Origin: Botryllus schlosseri
Taxonomy: Eukaryota
Direction of reading: 5' to 3'
DNA: 64,000 bases
Assembly: GCA_051294905.1 (NCBI GenBank)
Contig: CM119379.1
Location: 14,570,001-14,634,000, forward strand
The notes below the pieces were generated by a model that worked only from the letters and a program-made list of their open reading frames with translations, had not been told where the DNA came from and searched no databases. Each line of letters opens with the position of its first letter. Positions within the stretch are counted from its first letter, which is position 1. Positions 52,526 through 60,897 of this stretch are shown here, one piece after another. Both the position numbers and the translations under genes were made by a program.

Positions 52526-52973
52526 GAAAAAATAACGCATGGAGAAGAACTAACGGATAAGCTTTTAATAAAACGATGGCCAATTGGTTAAGAGACTGGA
52601 CTGAGCAAGAATGCTGTGGTTGAAGCAAAATTTGGCAGTGCCTAACACACGGATGATTGTTGGAAGGTAATCTGTATCGATGGATGAAATACTTATGATG
52701 CTATTTGTTGACAGTAGAAGATAGCTTCTCACATATGATTACAGAGTTATGAAATCTGCACGGGCCAATGATAAGACTTGGTCTGGGCTGTGTGTAAAAC
52801 GTCCCGAACTAACAAGGCAGCGAAAGGCTATTTTGGAAGACCCTCGCCCCACAACGAAATGCATTTGAAAACTACGGCGAGAAACCAAGGGTTAAATAAG
52901 ATATACAGTACAAAGGAAACGAAAGTGTAACCTACCACGTCATTTATAAAAAGTTCACAGCACAAAAGCTCAC

Positions 52974-53215
52974 TTAGGTCTTGATCATCAAGGCAAAGGA
53001 AGCCGGACGACTGCAGCAAGGGCACGGGGCCAGCTTGACAGCAGTCTTCTCGGCGCAGTCCATGCAAAAGTGATTGTGACCGCACGGCACAAGGGCGGCA
53101 GTCACTGCGTTTTCTTTGCAAATCACACACAAACGTGGAGGTGAAGATGAACGGCTGCCTCCAAAGTAGATATTCTCAACAGGAGAGCCAGATGTCAAAC
53201 TGTCGGTTGTACTAC
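52974..53215 (-). CDS. mex-3: mex-3 last coding exon: RING finger
   Basis: Acceptor ttttcaattgcag|GT; [39 protein letters not shown]; stop TAA 52976-52974. Confidence 0.96.
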
Positions 53216-55731
53216 CTGCAATTGAAAACGCGAGTTAGAGACACAGACAAGTATATAATGAACATGAATCCCTACCTGATGAATAGCCACTCTCGATGTT
53301 AATCCCGTTCGATGGCTTGGCGATAGCAAGATCCAAGCTGCCGGGATTCACGTCCAAGCTACCGATCGAATCCAGCGAGTCTGAAGTGACGCGCGACACT
53401 TTCTGCCTGGACGGCATAGCCTGCTGGAGTCCCAGCGAAGGCTGCATGTTTAACGACTGCTGAGGGTAATCGTCAGACAGTGTCGGCGACAGACGAATGG
53501 ATGATCTCAGAGGTAATTGGTTGTTCAGCGAGGACATGCTGGTCGCGGTATCTGTTGGTCCGTTGAATAGGAATGATTGCACTTCGGACATATCCCTGGC
53601 TGACCAGGAAGTGGTAGTCACAGCGTCATAACCCATGGTGGGCATTGCAAGAGCATCCGTGCTCACTTCGTAAGGATCCAAAGTGGAGCCAGCCTGCTGG
53701 CCAAATACATTCAGACCTACAAAACAAGAATCAATATTAACCACCATCATCTCAACAACTAATTCAACGTTGAGCACAAACCTGCATTAGATGACATTTC
53801 CATTAAAGAGGTAGGAGGACTGTTGCGTGGATATTTTGGGTAGCTGGCGAGTGATTGGGTAAAAATATTACTGTCAAGCGGAGGAGGCATATATATGTCG
53901 TTCCTTGTGCCAAGAAGTGCGCTCTGGCGATATGGAGTGAAGGCAGATTGCGACCTGTCAAGGTTGCAAACGATATAATTGCCGACTCGGCATGATATTC
54001 AAAGCAGTTCATCCAACCTGTTCGAACCGGCAGGGCTCCCGACAAGAGTTCCGTTGCTGGCAAAATCATCAGCTATGTCCCTGCTTTGGTTTCCAGTCCT
54101 AGCAGCGATATGAGCTTCTATTTCTTCTTTTGCTTTCTCCACATTTTCTGGCAATCCTGCAGTCAACAACGGCATAAGCATATTTCATACACTTCATATA
54201 TTACAAGAACTCACCGGTTACATCAAACACCGGTTCCTTGTCCCTGCTTGGTGTCACTATGTACGTGTGGGTTTGCTGCTGAATCCGCTTAATTGTGGCA
54301 CCTTTTGGTCCGACTACGAGGCCTACCACTCTGTAAGGCACACGCACTTGAAGAGTGATAGTTCCTGGTGATGCGAGATCGGGCGAAGTATTGCCTGACG
54401 GCAAAGACATCGGAAAGGCAAGGCCGGACAACGGCGTTACGCCAGTATGAACGCCGGTTTTGTTTCTTGTTGCTCTAAAATATTGGTAACAGTATAAGCC
54501 CAGATCTAGATAACTTTGCAAATATCTAGCCACGCCATACCTTATCTGTGTGAAGTGTTCCGCGGCAGACTGAATTTCCCTTCGCGCCAAAGCGACGTCT
54601 TCTTTGCGGCCAGTCACAACAAAGACGGGCTCTTCTCCGCGAACTGGAGTTTTGATGTAAGTACTAGTCTTGGCGCGCAGCGCTTTGATTTTACATCCTA
54701 GAATAATATACATACGGTTATAGAGCGTCGCCGCAAGACAGAAACTACCCGGTTGTCGGGAACAATTTCATACCTAGCCGCCCGACGATTTCGGCTACGT
54801 GTTCGGAGCTCGGTACCGGTACACATTCTGTCATGTTTTGGCTCTTTTTGGTTCTGGTTAAATCGTCATAGCTTGAAGACGAACTGTCATCGTCTCCAGC
54901 GCCTAAGAGTCCAAGGTTAGAAAGTTCCAAAGCGATCTGCAGCGCTCTTTGTTCTTCTTCCGTCGTAGTGGGATTCGGAGGGTTTTCCATATCCGAATAC
55001 ATAGTCATATGACTAGACATCTCATCCAATCGATGGTATTTCTATAATACTATGCTTCTAGCATACAATAGCTCTGTAAATCGAAAGAAAGATCAGACTA
55101 GCGAATTTTAATACCGCGACTTCATTGACCTGTCCAACACCAGCGTCCTGTCCAACACCAGCGTTTTATATCAAGGACGAGCATTATATCCGACTTCTAG
55201 CGCGACAACCACGCAATTTACGCTACGAAAGCATGGCTGGCCTGTATTTATACACAGACGCATATCTACCTCGTGCTGCGAAGTCGACCAATCGCGACAC
55301 GCTCTCGCACGAGGAGATAACTATTCGTAAGACATTTTTTCTGCTCTGTGATATCAGAAAAGAGAACACCGCCTCTTATGACTAGTTTCCTTTTTTCCCA
55401 GTGTTGGCAAGAGCACTCCTGCACGAAGCAGGGGGAATTTCGCAATCCATCAAATAACAGCGAGACCCTCGCATGCCACACAGCGATGATAAATTTCGAC
55501 GACATAGCCTCGAATCGGGGCCCACAATAACTTGAACCGCTAGCACCGCTTGTATACTTACAATCAGATAGATATCGAACGCGCCACAGCACAGAAGTCG
55601 CACGTCTAGACACTCACCACCGCCGCTGGTGCTTCTACATACTTTCTAGGTGCTCCACCTCCACTAGCAATAGCCTCGTCGATGGAATACCGCAGGTAAG
55701 AGTTGAAAAGACTACCCACTCCATCCGGCAT
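52974..55731 (-). CDS. mex-3: Mex-3 family RNA-binding E3 ubiquitin ligase (2 KH + C3HC4 RING), spliced gene
   Basis: Seen: exons 55731-55618 (tentative), 55041-54774, 54697-54541, 54474-54215, 54156-54018, 53954-53782, 53716-53276, 53215-52974. All junctions are GT-AG with consistent phases (introns 576, 76, 66, 58, 63, 65, 60 nt). Total is 597 aa, or 552 aa from ATG 55020. Established MEX3 motifs: ALQIALEL, [31 protein letters not shown] (KH1), [41 protein letters not shown] (KH2), [23 protein letters not shown] (RING). The intron at GRxG|CKIK is at the position of the single vertebrate MEX3 coding intron. Confidence 0.97.
53276..53716 (-). CDS. mex-3: mex-3 exon: Ser/Pro-rich linker
   Basis: Acceptor gttttgtag|GT; open frame [10 protein letters not shown]...ESGYSS; donor CAG|GTAGGG. 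Confidence 0.88.
53782..53954 (-). CDS. mex-3: mex-3 exon: low-complexity linker ([14 protein letters not shown]...MEMSSNA)
   Basis: Acceptor ccttgacag|G and donor CAG|GTTTGT. This is the frame that links the flanking exons without a stop. It is not the ORF-track 53803..54069 frame. Confidence 0.8.
54018..54156 (-). CDS. mex-3: mex-3 exon: end of KH2
   Basis: Acceptor gactgcag|GA; [21 protein letters not shown]...DDFASNGT; weak donor AG|GTTGGA at 54017. Confidence 0.9.
54215..54474 (-). CDS. mex-3: mex-3 exon: KH linker and most of KH2
   Basis: Acceptor attttag|A; [50 protein letters not shown]; donor G|GTGAGT. Confidence 0.97.
54541..54697 (-). CDS. mex-3: mex-3 exon: rest of KH1
   Basis: Acceptor ttctag|GA; [51 protein letters not shown]; donor AG|GTATGG. 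Confidence 0.97.
54774..55041 (-). CDS. mex-3: mex-3 exon: acidic N-terminal region and start of KH1
   Basis: [19 protein letters not shown] and [25 protein letters not shown]; donor G|GTATGA at 54773. The ORF-track start at 55029 is TTG; the first in-frame ATG is 55020. Confidence 0.95.
55129..55164. repeat. Perfect 18-bp tandem duplication in the first mex-3 intron
   Basis: cctgtccaacaccagcgt x2. Confidence 0.95.
55245..55292 (-). promoter_or_regulatory. Candidate internal mex-3 promoter: CCAAT box plus TATAAATA
   Basis: GACCAATCG (CCAAT at 55288-55292) lies about 36 nt upstream of TATAAATA (55252-55245), and the TATA is oriented towards the KH exons. Function is inferred. Confidence 0.5.
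55618..55731 (-). CDS. mex-3: mex-3 putative upstream coding exon (38 codons, [12 protein letters not shown]...APAAV)
   Basis: Open 114-nt frame from ATG 55731 to a strong donor GTG|GTGAGT (55617). It joins in phase 0 to acceptor tattatag|AAA at 55041. MPDGVGSLF resembles the MPSSLF-type N-terminus of vertebrate MEX3 (inference). Not in the ORF track because it is short. Confidence 0.6.
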
Positions 55732-55758
55732 CTAGCAGCAGTTTGAGGACAGGGACAT
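55732..55758 (-). promoter_or_regulatory. uORF MSLSSNCC* abutting the putative mex-3 start
   Basis: gccATG TCC CTG TCC TCA AAC TGC TGC TAG is followed directly by ATG at 55731. Confidence 0.5.
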
Positions 55759-56450
55759 GGCTATCTCAGTAAGTGAACTACTGCGTAATGATGATTTCAA
55801 CCAATTTTCGTGTGGTACTCCAGCGATCTAATCAAGAAAATTCGCCTTGGTAATAATTACTGTCACAACTGAAATCTACGACCGATTGAACGACTACCGC
55901 TCGAAGAAGTCCCGACCCTTTAGCGCACTCAAGCGGGGAAATCTGAAATATATGATTCGATGCCTTCTATACGCCTAACAAGCAGCTGGTGTGCGTAAGA
56001 CCCAGTTTCCTAACCTCTAAACGCCTGCAGTACTGCGAAACGCACGATAACCAGCGATTCATGTTCCGCAGGATAATAGTTGGTCATATTGACGGCGTTT
56101 ACGAATAAATTAACACCCACACGTCTCCTAATTCGCAAGTAATCATCTGTAGGCTGACTAACTCACAGTACCTATCAAACCAGCCGACAAAGTCACTAAT
56201 TCTGTTAATTTGAGCTACCTACTACCTAGAAGGCAAAACCACGAGGCATATACCACAGGCTGCAATGACCAAACAGAAACAACACAATCAACAACGAAAA
56301 AACACAGGCTGTTCACTTTACGAGCATCCATTTATTAAACGGAGAAGGAAGGTACACAAGAGGAATCGAAGCTAGATGTGGAAAGAAATGGTAGAAGCTA
56401 AAAAACAAGCGACATGTAATAGCACGATTGTTCAGTGCAGGAGAACACGG

Positions 56451-56460
56451 GTCACGTGAT
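56451..56460. promoter_or_regulatory. GTCACGTGAT E-box (USF/MiT-type) upstream of mex-3
   Basis: Exact motif; a second copy is at 44675-44684. Sequence match only. Confidence 0.3.
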
Positions 56461-59400
56461 CTGATAAGGGTACACCAACCGAATTATCGTCGAGATCAAC
56501 AAAAGAAAAACACTCTAAACCCCTTCCCATCGACCGTAAAAACGCAGCGACATCCCAGGTGCGAGACACAGATCCTAGCATCCCCCAAAAAACGGTGGAA
56601 TAAGCAACAAAACAGGATGGTTCCCAGATTTATTGTCACACACACAGCTCCAAGGCAGGCCCGCGATGGCCGATCCTGCTCGTAATCCGGCGGGAAAGGA
56701 ATGTGTGTCAGGTAGATTACGAAAGAGCGGAATTAAGTCCAAGTGCCTCCCAATGAAAACGCGATTAACGCATTGTCCCAGATAAGTCGCCGGGAAAAAT
56801 CGACGCGAATTGGAAGAGCCGCAGCTCTCCCGGCGGCTTTGAAAGAACGGATATGTGTTGATGTCGAGTAGAGGAAGTCGATCCTGCAAGAGAAAAAATT
56901 CGACAAATTACACGCAGTCGCCGCTACGACAGCTCTGCAATCGGGCACCGCTGTGCGGATGGAAATGTAATTTCCAGAGGTGATAAAGGATTATTTATCA
57001 TCACGCCATGCAAATGCCATTCCTGTGAGGCCGTGGTCAACCCACATCATTACCGCAAGGTGCAACTAAATACGTATTGCACGTCATACTCTTCATGATT
57101 GGTTTTGCTTATGAATCTGTTTTAATCCCGATAGTGAGCCGATAACCCTTGAAAAGAGGCACCCAAAAAGTCCTCGAGTTGTAATAGATGTATATTGCAA
57201 TGGATGTTGTATTGAAAGCTATCTTCAAGTTCTGTACACGAACAAGCTCTTTTGTATTTCCGAAATAGGTATGGTCGAAAAAACACCAAGATATCTTAAA
57301 CGCGATGTACAACTGGCATTATAGTCTTCGCGCCCCCGTAAAAGAACTTTCCGCATCATTCATACGGTCGGGTATCACCGACTACGCAAACTACAGTCCT
57401 GAATTTACAAAGGCGTCACAACTGCACAGATCCGAGCGTACGAAACGCCACGGGCCCCCAGTAGAACTACCCCTGCTAGCGACCACAGACATCGCGAGTA
57501 TCCAGCGCGAAAACGACACCGGTGAATCATTGCCGTACCACCGGCGACTGTTTACCGCGAGACGCGTTACAGGCCACTCCATGGGCTCGAGTGATCTCGA
57601 AAACGATGACATCAGTTGTTGCCGACTCGCGCGTTATTGCCTTTCAGTGATTATTGTAGGGCGCTGATAAGAAATTATACGCAGGCGCGCTCCGGTACTT
57701 GTACAAGCCGACCGTGGCGCAGCAAAAAACTACACCGAAGGCGCGCGTGTGTCCATTTGACCCGTATTACGCATTATTAACCGCGAACCGCTACAATCCC
57801 GAGGTATCGGTTACGGGTCATCGTCGTACAGCGTGCGCTACGACGAACAACGCCCGAAGTCAAATACACACATTGTGATGCGCACCAGATATTTTATGTG
57901 CAGTATTAGGTCACAATAAGGTGTTCAATTACAGATTATCATTCAGTATTAAGGTTGGTAAAATCTGGGTGATTTCAGCAATATCATTTCCACTGACGCG
58001 AGCAGATTTGCGTTACATGTTCTGGATGCTGTGATACGAAATTGTGATTCTGGTTGTGCGACTCGGATCGGATATATTACGACTTCAAGAAAAAGTCATT
58101 CCCACAGACGCGAGTAGATTTGTACCACCGAAAATAACTTATCGTAGTCCCCGCGCCACGCATTTTAGATGCGGTGATACGACCAGTCAAGGCTTCCGCG
58201 ATGCGGAAAAATGATCGAAATTACGATTCTGGTTGATGATATAAAATCTCTGTGGAAAGGGACGTGTGGTTCCGGCACGGCGAAAAAATTGGGCTCGAAT
58301 CATCGAGTCCAGTATTATTCAGTAGCAGCCACAACTCCAGCAAGTATACTCGCGTCTTTTTGAGTTCTGACGGCTACCAAACAGGGCTGGAATCGAACAG
58401 CGAGAGATAAATTTCCGTTGTACCGAAATTTTAAGTCCCTCCTCATCACTAAGAATTCAGATTATCTGCAGGAATATTTTCACAACACCAAAACAACGGC
58501 AGCAGGTCCACAAAGCATAATGTGCGAATTAAAACACATATTCGCGCCAAAAGTTCCAGTGACGTGTTTACGTCCACGCTCCATGCTACGTGTTAACCCC
58601 GCTATTCCATGCAAAAACGTACCACACCGCCCGTGAATTTCAGCCGCGAGTTTTGACGGACGCGCTATCACGCATCGACCACGAGAATATAGCGCGACAA
58701 ACAATGCGCGAGTCGCCTTTGTAATCGGATATCGAAGGTATCAGCAAGACCGGCCTCGCGTAATGGATGAAAGAATGGTAACATTCTAAAATACACTCAG
58801 TGCCGGTTAGTGTTAACACGACGGCCATTGTCCAGCGCACTGGATAGTGTTATCCCCAAGCGGGCGCTTTCTCAGGTGAAAAGAGTTTGATAATTCGATA
58901 GCGCACCCAGTCTCATGTTACCCAGCTAATTCTCCACGATAAAGCTATTTTAGAACGATTATTTATTACGCCGTGCATCGTGCGCTTTTATCGCGCGGGC
59001 CGTGACGCGATTTCTGTCTACGCCGGCAATGCGCCAATAAAGGAATCGCGAAGATACAAGGTTGCCTTCGAGCGGTTGCGTGTCACCGCGTACGAGAGTA
59101 TCACCGAGCCTTTCAAGTATACCGCATTCGGGAGAGGGTGAAATTGGGTAGAGGACACAGAAAACGATGTTGTAATAAAGCTCGGCTGTATCCAGAGGTT
59201 GTCAACAACGTAGTACAATTTTTCGGGACATCATTTTACACCATGGATTTTGAAAAGTACCAAGCTATTTTATGAAAAGTTTGCACCATTTTTACGAGCG
59301 AAAGTGTCATGACTATCGCGTCAAATAGCCCCTCTGTCTCGGTAACTACACATATTTTCAAATATTCTACCTATTCGTATCTTATGTTTGTCGCGATGAA

Positions 59401-60380
59401 GAATCTTGCAATTTCGAAAGCAGCCATCTCCGGATAATTGCAAAAAGTATATATATTTTGAAATTACTCGAGTACTTTTTAGCCTTTTCATTTTCTACTT
59501 CCGCTTGTAGCAGTTTTTACATGTCTCGGAAAGTGCAATTTCGACTTGTAACTGAGTAGAAATTCACTGCGTTACTTATACCTCCACTCTATTAGCAATG
59601 TTGACTAATTGGACCCCCTCTGCGTACGGAAGGTATATCACAACACGATCTGCTGAATCACAGAAATGATGTCGATTGTCACACACGTACCTATACTTTC
59701 CACTTGGCCCCGATCATCATCGCATCACCGCGCATGTATCACGCAAGGCCGAGAGGGATAGCAGACCACAGACCTTACCGACCCCTTTAAACTGTCATAG
59801 TGACGTAGTGTTTCGCGAAAACCATTCGCAGCCTATTTTCGAAGTGGCAAGCTGAGAAAGGCTCGTGACGAAATGTATCATTAAATTTGGACTGAATAGA
59901 ACAGCACACGATAGACGTATAATAATAATAATAACGCTAGCTCATAGAATACATCGCATTCGAGTGATGATACTTATATACGCCCATAAAGCTATCATAT
60001 AATAAATTACCCCGCAACCGTGATATTACGTATCAAAACACGATCACGTTGGGTAGCAGGCGATAAACGGAGCGTGATAAGTTCAGCGACAAATGTAGAG
60101 ATGACGCATCGACTAACCTTTATATCGGTCGAATAATTACGATTATTCAAACGCCATTAAAACGTTCTAAGTACGGGCTTTTTCCGCTTTAGAGCGGAAG
60201 CCCATTTCAAATTGACCTTCTGGTCAACGAGCGTCTGTAGTGTACGCCAACAACACAAGAATGTGCGAATTTAAACACATATTCCTGTGATATCTTCACG
60301 CGCCATACGCGTTAACCCTGCAATTGCGTGTAAAACGCGCAATACACAATACGCCAAACTAGAGTAACATTGGTAATCAT

Positions 60381-60897
60381 TATGGCAAGTTTTTGCAACT
60401 TTTGCAACTTTTTTTACTGCTTCCAGAAGCTTCCTAAGTACTCAGAAGTGAAGTAGTATGGTGTTTTAAGCTGTTTGGAGGATTCTTTTGTTGCTACTTT
60501 TTGCAGCTTTTCTCATTTTTTTTTCATGCAACTTTTCGGTTTTCATGCAAGTTTTTTCGATTCGATTCTTCATGCAACTAGCTTTCTACTGCAAATCTTT
60601 GGCACTATATGTAAATAGATCGCTCGATTATTTCACTGTCGTTTAAATTTGAGGTCCTTTCTGATTTGACGTACATATTCAGGCTAGACCGCCGAAAATT
60701 ATATTTTCACTGGGTCATTTTTTTAGACTATTGATTTTGTTGAAGTCGCTAACAATGAGTTTTGCTACAGTGCCTTGCATACGGACTGATTCGAGTATCT
60801 CGTACCCAAATAATTTCAAGGAACTTGCCCAGTTGCAACTTTTGTGAAAAATAAATGCAACTTTCCACGGATTTGACTGCAACAAAAACTTGCCGTA
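60381..60897. mobile_element. hAT MITE family E, copy 2
   Basis: TIRs tatggcaagttttt / aaaaacttgccgta; perfect TSD gtaatcat (60373-60380, 60898-60905). Confidence 0.9.

Noticed and set aside
16188-52910. TACAGTA/TACTGTA as Tc1/mariner excision footprints
   Set aside because: About 10 seen versus about 12 expected by a hand estimate, so not enriched.
55693-55701. Perfect plus-strand donor CAG|GTAAGA suggesting an antisense transcript
   Set aside because: One such match is expected by chance at this window size and there is no supporting antisense exon structure.
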